A DNA stretch of 63,388 nt, filler included, from Saprolegnia diclina VS20 (lineage: Eukaryota): assembly GCF_000281045.1 (NCBI RefSeq). It is 5 parts of 2 records of this genome, joined end to end, with 100 filler letters (N's around TTAATTAATTAA, not from the genome) between each part and the next. Parts side by side here need not be neighbours in the genome. Positions count along the whole stretch, not along the records: positions 33,554 to 59,365 come from NW_008246120.1; 4 more parts are not named here. One strand, given 5' to 3'. Of the stretch, positions 46,138 to 57,540 are shown piece by piece (positions within the stretch are counted from its first letter, which is position 1; each line of letters begins with the position of its first letter). Below the pieces are notes generated by a model. It searched no databases and was not told the origin of the DNA. It worked only from the letters and a program-made list of their open reading frames with translations. Made by a program: the position numbers and the translations under genes.

Positions 46138-47235
46138 TTGCATGCGATGGCAATTGTCACGTCTCTCAAGATAGACAAAGTAAACCACTGGTATTACAAC
46201 ATCGCAATGGTCTACAGCTCGGTGCGGCCCGAGTCGAGGTCCATGACGGCGTTCGGGTTCGGGTGGTACGCCTCCGTCGAGATGGCCTTGCCGCCACCGG
46301 CCATCGTGAGCTTGTCCGACTGAATCGTGGTCGGCGCCGCCTGCGAGAGGTCGTCGACGACCTCGTTCGAGTATTTTTCCGTGACCATGTCGGTGAGGCG
46401 TCGATTTCCGATTTTTTTTGGCCAGCGCCACGACCGCGAGGTTGTTGGACGCGCGCCTGAGCTCCTCGTTGCCAGCGTCGAGCCGCTGCAGCAGAATGGA
46501 CCGCGCCTCCTTGAACGCTGCCTCGGCCATCTACCGATACCATGGGGAGGAGGCGAGGCAACGATGGCTAGTACCTCGTAGGCGCCTTGGAGAAAATAGC
46601 CGCGGCCGAGACCTTCGATCGCATGGGCGACCGCCAGATGCTGTCGACCGTGCTTGGCGGACGTGGCTTCAATCACGTGCGTGTAGAGCGCATATGCCTC
46701 ATCGAACCGTTTCTAGATTATGGATGAGCTGTCATCGCGTTAGGACGACGAGGGACCTGGGCGACATAGGTGGCCGCAACAGCTTGTTGGAGGCGCAATA
46801 CCTTTTCGTGGTCGCTCGCGTATGTTGCCGCGTAGATGGCGAGGAGGTCGTGGAGGCATGCGTTGGCGAGTGCGTGCTGCGCTGACGACTGCAAGCAGAG
46901 ACAGAGGTTCTCCAAGCACGTGACTTGGTCCATATTGGTGTGTGTATCTTGCTTGGTGGCCTCGAGGATCGCGCGCCGGTCCTTGGCCCGCGCCAGTTTG
47001 CCCATGGTGCGAGTTTGCCCTTTCCAAACGCCACAACAGTTTCACAGGACATTACTGTACATTTGAAGACATAGTTGACCACAATTCACTATCTCGTTGG
47101 ATCACATCGAGTATAGCGTATAGCTTGAGCTTATTGCTTATTGATGCATATCTTGGTGCCGACCTGCAGAGTCTTCTTGGTCTTGACGTCGACGCAACTC
47201 TTCGGTATCCGGCGACCATCCGGATACGTAGCCCC
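46138..47235 (-). repeat. Inverted, internally deleted duplicate of the 38426-42219 region (ANK upstream region and start, TPR-like exons, ZPR1 tail)
   Basis: 46947-47235 is the reverse complement of 38426-38716; 46400-46418 of 40319-40336; 46138-46399 of 41958-42219. 46420-46946 encodes TPR-like helices (FDEAYALY, AHAIEGLGRGYFLQGAYE, AEAAFKEARSI, ASNNLAVV). Confidence 0.9.
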
Positions 47236-47258
47236 GTTGGCACTTGCCACAATCAGCG

Positions 47259-50200
47259 ATGGCAACGAGCAGCGTCTTCCTCGACCGCCGGTTCCTCGAG
47301 AAGAGCCGACGCAAGAAGCCCGGCAACGTCAAGGTCGCCGAGACGTACCTGCGCGACGACGTCCACTGCGCGCTGGCGCCCTGCCGCGTGTGCCAGCGCG
47401 CGGAGCTGATCCCACCGGCCGCGGTCGTGCGGGCTGCCGCGCCGTACATCCTCGTGCCGGACACGACGGCCTTGGCCATGTACCTCGACCTGCTCGAGCA
47501 CGAGGCCTTTGGCGCCAACCAGCTGCTCTTGTTGCAGACCGTGCTGGAGCGGACGCTGGATGTGGCGTCGTCGCGCGAAGTCGGCCGCATCGAGGCGTGG
47601 CTCGACGAGACGTCCGACAAGGCGCAGCTGCACACGGTCGGGTACTTTCCAAACCGCCACGTTGCAGCGACCTTTGTGCCCACGCGCGTGCACGCTACAC
47701 GCGGCGTCGTCGACCAAGAGAGCTTTGCGGACCGTGATCGCCGCGCGATTCTTCGAACGATGCAGTGGTACCTCTCGCACTCGATGAGCGCGTCGTTCAT
47801 CGTCTTGTCCGAAGACCCTGCGCTACTGTCGGCGCTCACCTCGCTGCAGGCGCCGCGACTGCGCGTGCTCTCGTGCCGCGACTACATGGAGGCCTACTGC
47901 CCGTCGCCAGAGCTGCGCGCCCTCGCGTCCGAGCTCGCGCTGGCGTTCGAGAGCCGGCGCGGCAACAAGGCGAGCGAAGGTGCGTCGTACACCGACCTGT
48001 CGACGCTCCCGGCGGCCGCCTACCACGTCGGCCGGCTCCGCGTGAGTGCGCACCACCCGCTCGAAGCGTTTGTCAAATCGAAAGCGGGCGACGAGCTCTT
48101 TGTCTATGGCCGCGACGCCATGAACCGCGCGGTCCACGGGGACCTCGTGGCCGTCGAGTTGCTGCCCGAGGCCGACTGGCTCCAGCCCGAGTCCACGACG
48201 ACGCTCGTGCATGTGGCGACCGACGACGTCAAGCGCCTCGCGCCGGCGGGTCGCGGCGTCCCAACCGCCCGCGTCATCAACGTCACCGAGCGCTCGTCGC
48301 AGCTGGTTGCACCGTCCTCCTTGCGCCGACCAGCTTAACGTTGTCATAGATCGTGGCGACCATTTTGTCCAACACGGTGGTGGCTGGTGACGACTATGTC
48401 ATCGCCGTGCCGATGGACTTGCGGTACCCCAAAGTCCGTCTCCGCACGCTCAATGCGTCCGAGCTGGTGGACCACCGGCTCACGGTCATTTCTAAATGTG
48501 ACATACCGATGCGATAGTCTAACGCCGGGATCCACTAGATTGCCATTGACGACTGGCCGCTCGACTCGTTCTACCCGTCGGGCCACTACGTCCAGGTCCT
48601 TGGGCCCGTGGGCGACCTCGAGACCGAGATCCGCGCGCTCCTTGTGCAGCACGCCACGCATGCCACGCGGTTCAGCGAGCGGGCGCTGGCCTGCTTGCCC
48701 GACGTCGCGGACGTCGACTGGGACGCATTGACCATCTGCGACACGTCCAAGCGACCCAAGGTGCCCCTCACGCGTGGTAGACGCTTCGTTTTTTTCGATT
48801 CAGAGGCCTGACGTTTGCTGCTGTAGAGTGGACGATCCCGTCCGAAGAAGTCGCGTCCCGGCGCGACTTGCGGCAGACGCACCGCGTCTTGAGCGTCGAC
48901 CCGCCGGGATGCCAGGACATTGACGACGCCATGTCGATCCGCAAGCTACCCAACGGACACTACGAGCTCGGTGTGCACATTGCTGACGTCGGCCACTTTG
49001 TCACGCTCGACTCGGCGCTTGACAAGGACGCGCGGCACCGCGCGACGACCGTGTACCTCGTCGACCGGCGCTTCGACATGCTCCCCGTGCTCCTCAGCGG
49101 CGACCTCTGCTCGCTCCACGGCCACACCGACCGCCTTGCGTTCAGCGTGTTTTGGGAGCTTGACGCCGACCTCCAAGTGTTACCGAGTCGCACGACCTTT
49201 GCGAAGACGATCGTGCACAACGTCGCCGCCATGACGTACAATCAAGCCGACCGGCTCCTCTCGGACTTGCCGGCCAACGACCCGCTCGACACGAAAGTGG
49301 TCGGCGAAGGCACGGCGGGGCGGCCGATCGCGCCGAGTCTGCAGCCCGCTCTGCGGGACGATCTCAAACTTCTGCGTGCGATCGGACGCCGGCTCTATGC
49401 GCAGCGCGCGGCGACCGGTGCGGTCGACTTGACGCAGAGCAGCGAGCTCAAGTTTAAGATCACGGGCGAGTTTGACTGGCGCGTCGAGGTCAAGGAGAGC
49501 CTCGAGATCCACGGCACGATCGCCGAGCTCATGATCCTCGCCAACGCCACGGTCGCCTCGCGGCTTGTCGAGTGCTTTCCCAAGACGGCGCTGGTCCGTC
49601 GCCACGTGCCGCCGTCGGGCGACCGGTTCAAGTCACTTCTCGCGCTCGCAGCGACCCAGCAGCTGTCGTTGGATACGACGAGCAACATGACGCTGCAGGC
49701 CTCCCTCGAGGCGGTAGCGACCACCGTCGATGCCGATACGCTGGCGCTTCTCAAGTCGATGGCGACGCGCGCCATGTCGGAAGCCGAGTACATTGTCGCG
49801 TCCGAAGCCCTCGGCGGCTTTGCCCACTACGGCCTCGGTCTCTCCCACTATACGCATTTCACATCGCCGATTCGTCGGTACGCGGATCTCATCGTGCACC
49901 GGCAGCTCCTCGCGACGTTGGCACCGACGACGACAACGACAACGACCACCAAGCCGGCGCGCGCCGATGCGCCGCTGGTCTTGCCAGAGTCCTTGACGCC
50001 GTCCGTCTTGAACACGACGTACGTGGCGCCGACGCCGTTGCTGCCACCACTGCCACCTATGACGTCCGCACCGCAGCCTGTGACAATGACAATGACAGAC
50101 CCAATGACGGCGACCGACTTGGTGCTGCAGAGCCAGCACATGAATGTGCAGAACCGCAATGCAAAGAACGTGGCGCGCGCGTGCGAAGAGCTCTTCCTCG

Positions 50201-51066
50201 CGCTCTACTTCCAGTCGCACACGACGACTGTGAACGCCGTCGTGACGCACCTCAAGCAGAACGGCCTCCTCGTCTTCATCCCGCAGTTTGACGTGCGCGG
50301 GCCCGTCTACCTCAAGGACCGCGACGGCGCCGTCCACGTCCACGCCTCCATGGTCCCGTCCGCTGGCACGTCGCCCGCGCGCTCTGGGTTTGACCCGTCG
50401 GCGCGGGAGCTCCCAAGCGCGACGCTGCGGCTCGTCGACGACGTTTCGCTGAGTGTGCAGTGGCGCGGCCGCGACGTTGTGACGTTTACGCCGCTCATGG
50501 AGATCCAAGTCACCGTCACGTGTGACTTTACGTCGGCGTCGGCGCGGCTGCCGGCGCTGCGGCTGTCGCTCGCCGCCGCCACCGCCGCCGCCTCGAACTC
50601 GACCCGGGATGTGGTTGCCGAGGCCGTCGCGGCCTTGCAGCAAGCCCCGGTTCTCGGTACGGAAGCGACGACCAACGACGTGTCAGCGCGACTCAACAAG
50701 CTCCGCGTCTCGCCCCGTGTTAGCTTGTACGAAGCCTTGTCGACGGCTCCCTCAATCGCGCCGAAAGCCAAGGTACTGACAACGACGACGCAGAAGAGCA
50801 CCAAGGACAAGAAGGCGCCGGGCCGCCTCATTTTCAACGGGTTTGAACCGCCGGTGCCAAAGAAGTTCAACAAGCTGCTCACAGCCCACTACGAAGGCCG
50901 CAGCGCCGAGCTCGAGGCGGCGATGAACATTGAGCGGGGTGCGATCGTCGACGTGAGCGCCAACAGCGCCAAGCGCTACGAGATGGACGCGATCCGGCGC
51001 ATGGAAAAGCTCCAGTCCGAGAAGCGCCACGACCGCATCAACAGCCGCAAAAAAGCCAATCACTAG
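47259..51066 (+). CDS. DIS3: DIS3/RRP44-like exoribonuclease (CR3-PIN-CSD-RNB-S1), 3 introns
   Basis: YLRDDVHC..CRVC, NRAVHGDLVAVELLP, SVDPPGCQDIDDA, GVHIADV, TTVYLVDRRFDMLP, HYGLG..YTHFTSPIRRYAD. Confidence 0.93.
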
Positions 51067-51123
51067 TATCAAGTTGATACATAGTAGGATAGGGATACTT
51101 AAAGAGCACGAATTTCAAGCTTT

Positions 51124-53119
51124 TTAGAGTTCCGTCGACGCCGAGTTGGCCGGCGACTTGGGCGCAGCAACCGCGCTAAAGCCTTGGGGACCGGCGTCGC
51201 CGCGGGGCGTGAGGTCCTCGCCGAGCCCGCGCTTCTGCATCATCGAAACAAACTCCTCAAAGCTGATTTGGCCGTCGCCGTTCGAGTCGATCTCGCTCAT
51301 GACCTCTTGCGCATGCTCCTCGCTGCCCATGAAGCGGATCAAGTCGTCCTTGGTGATCACGCCCTGCTTCTTCGTGTCAAAGTAGTTGAATGCTACGTCG
51401 ACATCTCGGTATCGCCACTTCAATTCCCGAGATTTGTACCGTTCACAAGGTATTCTTCCTTGTTGAAATCGTTGCGCTTCATGGTCGCGGCCAAGAATTC
51501 ATTGTAGTCCTACAAATCGGTCGTTCAATCACCAAATTCGTTGTGGAGCACCAGACAATATGTGTCGGACACGTACGAGGTTGCCGTCGCCATCAATGTC
51601 GAGGCCCTGGAGCAGCTGCAGCACTTCGCTCTCGAGCATGCCATGGCCCATGTCGCGCACGGCCGCGCCGAGCTCCTGCATCGTAATGACGCCGTTGCCG
51701 TCCGCGTCGATCATCGCAAATGTCTTCTTGAGCTCGTTGATTTCGGCACCCGTCATCTGGTCGGCAATGACGCCGAGCGCGACCTTCTTGAGCTTGTTGT
51801 GGCCTTGGAAACGCTTCAAGCTCGTCATGATGTTGGTGTTGAGCGACCGCTCGACGGCCGGCGCCGCGCCCATGAGCCACGGGTGCTGCAGCGCCTGCTC
51901 GGCCGTGAGGCGCTTGGACGCGTTGAGAAGCAAGAGGTGGTCGATGAGGTCCTTTGCCTCCTTGGAGACGCCGGCCCACTCGGGTGTGTCGTACGAGTAC
52001 TTGCCCGAGCGCACGGACGCAAAGATCTCCGGGTCGCTGTCGCCGTAGAACGGAGGGTACCCGCAGAGCAAGATGTACATGATGACACCAATGCTCCAGA
52101 GATCGCACGACTTGTCGTAGTGACGGCCGAGCACCTCGGGCGCTATTCCATCCGACAGTTTAGCCGCGCGCATGCGAGCTTCGAGGTCGTACCAATGTAG
52201 TACGGCGTGCCGACACGCGTCGTCATGTACGCGTCACTGCCCGCCGCGTCCATGCGCGAGAGGCCAAAGTCAATGACCTTGAGCTCCGCGCTCTCTTCTT
52301 TCGTCTCGAACAAGAAGTTTTCGGGCTTGAGATCACTACATGACCATGAGACGCCAGGTTCGATGTTCGGTGCTGTACCGATGGCAGATATCGCGGTCGT
52401 GGCAGTGCTTGACCGCGTCGAGGATCTTGCGCACGAGCTTGGCCGCGTCGGCCTCGGTGTAGTGCCCGCGCGAGATGATACGATCAAAGAGCTCGCCGCC
52501 CGTACACAGCTCCGTGACGAGGTGCAAGTGGCGCGCGTCCTCAAAGACATCAAAGAGCTTGATGATGTTGGGGTGGCTGACCGACTAGATCAACACGAGA
52601 CGTGAGCATTTCGTGGCCCGAAAAGAGTGGGGCGTACGCGAAGGATCTCGATCTCGCGCTTCAACGTCTCGGGGCGGCTGACCTTGACCTTGGGGATCGT
52701 CTTGATCGCGACGCGCGCACCCGTGACCTTGTGCGTACCGACGCGGACCGTGCCATAGTGACCATGGCCCAATTCCTTCTTCTCGACGTTGTAGACGGAA
52801 AAGACATCGCCGAGATGGCCCGTGATCTAGCAAGGCGTGGTCAGCGTACATCTGAGCCTCGCCTGGCACGTACGTTGTCCTTGCTCAAGACCGGCGCGGC
52901 GCTAGGCGCCTTCGTCGACACGGGCACGGCCGGCGGCATGGGCTTGGCGACCGCGGGCGCAGCCGGCGGCGTGTAACCCGGTGCAGCGCTGGGGCGCGGA
53001 GGCGTGCCCGGCGCGCTGTTGCGGCCCGACGAGCTGTTGCGCGCCGGCGGCGTCACGGGCGCGCCCGTCTTGCGCTCGCGCCGCTTGCCGCTGCCGCCCT
53101 TGGTGTTGGCATTCCCCAT
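51124..53119 (-). CDS. CDPK: Calcium-dependent protein kinase (kinase plus 4 EF hands), multi-exon, MGN myristoylation-type start
   Basis: [50 protein letters not shown] junction and EF hands DADGNG, DIDGDG, DTKKQG, DSNGDG. Confidence 0.95.
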
Positions 53120-53939
53120 CTTCCTGCTGCTCGTGTATTGACTTGTGGACAATCCCTGCAAACCGCTCGGATCCGAGCAAAATTTAATTATTTTCGCCGT
53201 GTCAGGTATTATAATTGGATCGTATTTTAAACCATCTCGCCTCGCAGTACACTCGATCTTATATGTAATAAAATATGTTTTCAGGGCGACAATGCCCCAT
53301 ATTTTTATGCCGCTTGGTAACCAATTTAAAAAAGCCAACCTGCGATGTTGTGTGGGTTGTAGATTGTTTTGTAGGGGCCCCTACTTGGTGGAGGGGGTAC
53401 CCGAGCATTGTGGCTTACAAATGCTTTGTGCACTTGGACTGCGATCGGCGACGAATCCAGAATGGGGCCCCCTCTTTTGGACCGCAGCTGGCCAGTCCAC
53501 AGGCTCATCCTTGGTCCGAAGAGCGTTGGTGGACTTGGTCAAGCTATCGCGTGTTTGTAGTAGACAGCGAGTATCTGCTACGTTAGGGCTCTTGTCGAGT
53601 GTACACTGATCCGCTATTGCAGACTACAGTCAATTTTGTCTTAAGTTCCATTTTTGAGCTCAAAAAGGCTCCAAAAAGGCTCCAAAACGTCCTTTTTCGA
53701 TCTCAAAACGTGAAGAAACAGCCGGTGCTGCCGGGTGCAAGCGACTGCACCATGGGCGAGGTTGATGCCAAGAGCTGGTTGGGCGCCGTCGTCAACGTAA
53801 TGGCTCGCGCCACCGAGACGATGATACCACGTGATACGAACGGTCTTGAAAGATCGAAGCCGGGCTTCGTATCCGGAACCATCCGGATCAAATGCCATTC
53901 GCGTTTTGACTTCGCGGTGGCCAGGGACGAAGTGGCACG

Positions 53940-55457
53940 ATGTCGGTCTCGGAGCGCGAGCAGCTGAGCTCGGCGTACGACATGGCGATCGAAGCCAGCA
54001 CGGGCGGCCGCGGTGCGCCGGCGGAAGAGGTCTACTACGGCTTTGGCGTCTTTATGGGCATCTCGGTGAAGAAGCTCAAGGAGCTTCGCGAAGAGATGCA
54101 GAAGCGCAACAACTCGTCGCGCTTCGAGACGTTCCATGGCGACGGCAACGAAGCCGGTCACGACAATGAAGAGACCGAGGACGACGAAGACATGTACGAG
54201 GCCGAGCCGCCCAGGGCCAAGACGCCGCCACGTGTCGAGAAGAAGGCCATCGAACGTCGGACGAGCGAGCGCCGCGCAGCCAAGAAAGATGCAGCGCGCC
54301 CCGTTGCGAACGCACGCGAGATTGCGGCCCCCGCGCCCATCACGACGGCGGCGATGCCCGTCTACAGCGCGCCACCGCCGCAACAACATCAACAACAACC
54401 GCCGCCACCCAAGCCTATGCATATGCCGGTGTACGGGATGTCATCGCACACACCGTCGGCCGCGCCGTCGCTGACCACTCCGATCGAGAAGACGCCGTAC
54501 ACGATGGACCACATGCCGCAGTCGTCGCAGATGCCCCCGCCGATGAACCCATCCGCGCCGTACCCCGGTGCACAGCATGGTATGCACGCGCCGCCGTCGT
54601 ATCAATCCTCCAACGGGTACGCCCCGCCCCCGCACGCGATGATGCAGCAGACGCCGCAGCACCCGTCGATGCAGTATGCGCCACCACCGCAGCAGCAGCA
54701 GCAGCAGCAGCACGTGCAGTACATGCAGCAGCAGCAACAGCCGCCACCGCCGCAGTACGGTGCGCCGTACCACCAGTCGTACCAGCAGCCGCCGCCACAA
54801 CAGCAACCGCCGCCCGCGCCCGTGTACAGTCAGATGCCACCGGCGCCGTCGATGCACGACCGCCAGGGACCACCGCAACTGCAACACATGCAGCATCACC
54901 ACCAGGGGTATGGCAACCCGCCGCCGATGCAGTCGCAGTCACCGTACCAGCAAACGGGGTACCAGCACAGCCAGGCGCCGGCGTATGCCCCACCGCCGAT
55001 GAATGCCCCGGGGCACGAAGCACAGCAGCCGTACGCCAACCAAATCCCGTCGCCAGCCCCGCAAGGCGGACTCGGGCGACTGCTGCCGCCGCCGCCGTCG
55101 CAGGGCATTCCGTCGCTGAGCGGGTTTGGTGCCAAGCCGCTGCCGTCGCTCGGCTTTTCGTCAGCGCAACCGCCGTACGCGCCATCGAACGCACCGCAGC
55201 AGGGCTACTACAACCAGCCGCCGCAGCAGCAGCAACCGCCGCAGTCGTACCAGCAGCAGTCGTATCAGCCACCGCCGTCGCACCATCAACAACAGCAGCA
55301 ACACCCGCAGTACGCGCAGCACCAAACCAACTACCCGCCCCACCAATACGCGCCGCCACCGCACCAAATGCAGCAACCGCCGCAGCAAGCGCCCGGCGCG
55401 CTGCCGTCTGTCGCCGACCTCTCGAAACGATCGTCCATGAGCTTTATTTTAGACTAA
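53940..55457 (+). CDS. Q/P/Y-rich low-complexity protein with short globular N-terminus
   Basis: 505-aa ORF with coding-like codon bias. The true 5' end may lie upstream (~53752). Confidence 0.8.
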   Translation: MSVSEREQLSSAYDMAIEASTGGRGAPAEEVYYGFGVFMGISVKKLKELREEMQKRNNSSRFETFHGDGNEAGHDNEETEDDEDMYEAEPPRAKTPPRVEKKAIERRTSERRAAKKDAARPVANAREIAAPAPITTAAMPVYSAPPPQQHQQQPPPPKPMHMPVYGMSSHTPSAAPSLTTPIEKTPYTMDHMPQSSQMPPPMNPSAPYPGAQHGMHAPPSYQSSNGYAPPPHAMMQQTPQHPSMQYAPPPQQQQQQQHVQYMQQQQQPPPPQYGAPYHQSYQQPPPQQQPPPAPVYSQMPPAPSMHDRQGPPQLQHMQHHHQGYGNPPPMQSQSPYQQTGYQHSQAPAYAPPPMNAPGHEAQQPYANQIPSPAPQGGLGRLLPPPPSQGIPSLSGFGAKPLPSLGFSSAQPPYAPSNAPQQGYYNQPPQQQQPPQSYQQQSYQPPPSHHQQQQQHPQYAQHQTNYPPHQYAPPPHQMQQPPQQAPGALPSVADLSKRSSMSFILD

Positions 55458-56198
55458 CTCGTTGTCGTGGTCGAGCACTAACTACTACTATGTTTACAGT
55501 ACTAGATTTGACTTATTGCATTGGTTGTTAGCGACCTCTGATGGCGACGCAGCTCACAAAAGCGGGTCTTTGCTTCAACCACCGTTCAGACACCCCGAGA
55601 CACTCGCCTTGGTCGACGCGCGAAGTCGATTGCGCTCGCTGCGCCACTGCCGCCTCTTTGAAATCCAACTCTCGCAGGCCCGACCGCATTTGCTACTAAC
55701 CTTCGATCTGGCGCCTTAGTACGAGAGCCAAGGCGCAAGATCAAAGGTTATTGCCCGCTAGCTCCACGGAGCCATCGTCGTCCTCAGCTTCGTCGCGACG
55801 AGGTGTCAATGGTGGAATTGCAAGCGGCACCGTCAATGCACACGCCGCCATCAACGGACTGCAGAGACTCAATTCGTTGTCCGCAGACGAGACCTGGCGC
55901 TGTCGTGCTATTGCAGCGCAAAGGGTAGCCGATACAAACTTCAAGTCGCCACCGGGTTTGGACGCCATTAAAGTCGCGGTGAAATCAAAGACATCTTGTC
56001 TTCCTCGTCGAGGCGCTGCTCATGGGCTTGCACTTTCCAACTTGCTTTGTCCCGACATTTCGATGGTGCGCAAGCACGGGCGCAAGAAGCAACAGCCCCG
56101 CGAAGCGGGCGATTCCGGATGGCCGCTCCGAGAAGGGCCGTTCCGAGAAGGGCCAGCTGACCCCGAACGGCAACGAGAAAACCAAATCCGACATTGCG

Positions 56199-57287
56199 AT
56201 GTCAACGAGCCCGACGTCGACCAGCACCCCAACGGCCTCCACGACCTCGTCACCGCCCACTGCCTCGTCGCCGGTCTTCAGCGTCATGGACGGTGCCATT
56301 ACGCGCCAAGGGCTCGAGGCGGCGGCCAGAGTCTACCTCTCGCAAGACGAAGACGCGCCGGAGCTTCTCATTGCGCGCAACGTGCCTCTCGTGCACTGGC
56401 TCACGCACGGCTTGGACAACCGTCTCTTCAATGTCATTTGGAGCTGCCGGTTTCACGGCGACGCGGCTGATCCGGCGACGCTGGCGTCCGTCTACATTGT
56501 CCGCGCGACTGGAAAGCCGAACCAAGCTGGAGTCCAAAACCTCAACAACTTGCTCACTCCCCAGCAAGGAAACCATTTGATCGTCTATACGGGCTTTGAT
56601 CTGAAGCTGCTGGGACAGACGCGGCTGCCCGATTTGGCCGTCTTCCAGAAGTTTCGCGACAGCCAGAACATCAGACTGTGCATGGTCGTGGAGGTTGAGC
56701 TCAAGAACCGCAGCTTTCCGCGCATGCTCCGGTGGCTTCGCGGGTACTTTCGACTGATTCCATCTCTTCGCACCGCGGTCGGGATCAAGATCTTCGGCCC
56801 GCAGCGTGGCAACGCGCGTCAGTTTGGCACCATCGCTGTCATGCTCCACCGTGCGGTTGGGCATACGGCGCAGCTTGCGTACGTAGCCAGCATTGGCACG
56901 GCGCCACTGACGGACCAAGCGATGGCCACCGTCGTTGGCGTGATTGGACAAGACGCCGCGAATGCGATGCCGCACTTTGACGTCAACATTGCGCACGAGA
57001 TCGCGCTGGGGCACGAAGAGTGGCAGCTCGATGCGATAGGCCGCCCGGTGCTGCACATTACGATCGCGGATTTGCTCTACTTGGACAATGCCAACCTCCT
57101 CGCTGGCGCGCCGCCAACGACCGAGCGCCTCGAGATCGATCTCTACAAGCTCATCTTCAAAGTGCACGAGGCCATGGGACAAGTCGTGATTACTGATGAC
57201 GTTCAGCTGGCGGGGGAATCCGCGAATGAAGACCAAGGCGCAGAGGACAAACGCATGGTGTCGATGAAGACCCGAGTGCAGTTTTAA
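56199..57287 (+). CDS. Complete intronless PD-(D/E)XK (Uma2/CRN-REase-like) nuclease-fold protein, ~362 aa
   Basis: RLPDLAVF..LCMVVEVELKNRS..LRGYF..AVGIKIF..SIGTAPL..LEIDL. The PD..VVEV spacing is typical of Uma2-type REases (fold is inferred). Start MSTSPT is shared with other copies. Confidence 0.8.
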   Translation: MSTSPTSTSTPTASTTSSPPTASSPVFSVMDGAITRQGLEAAARVYLSQDEDAPELLIARNVPLVHWLTHGLDNRLFNVIWSCRFHGDAADPATLASVYIVRATGKPNQAGVQNLNNLLTPQQGNHLIVYTGFDLKLLGQTRLPDLAVFQKFRDSQNIRLCMVVEVELKNRSFPRMLRWLRGYFRLIPSLRTAVGIKIFGPQRGNARQFGTIAVMLHRAVGHTAQLAYVASIGTAPLTDQAMATVVGVIGQDAANAMPHFDVNIAHEIALGHEEWQLDAIGRPVLHITIADLLYLDNANLLAGAPPTTERLEIDLYKLIFKVHEAMGQVVITDDVQLAGESANEDQGAEDKRMVSMKTRVQF

Positions 57288-57540
57288 CGACTCTGATCGA
57301 ATCAAGGTTGTGTTTGCATGCGACAGCCATTGCCATGACTGTGCTTCCTGTTGTTCTAGTCGGCCCTCTAGTCCAAACTACATGATGTTGTCCGACTTTC
57401 TCTTTTATTTGTGAATTCTCGGTTGAGGGACGTGGTCGAGGCGGGTAGAAGCGCGTGATAAGGGGCCGGTCACTTGTGTGGACCAAGAAACGGAGCGAGA
57501 TTGCGCTAACGCAGCACTTGGACGAGGCTGTGGTGCAGGA

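Noticed and set aside
54676..54740. CAG runs as an independent microsatellite element
   Set aside because: Polyglutamine coding tract inside the Q/P-rich ORF.
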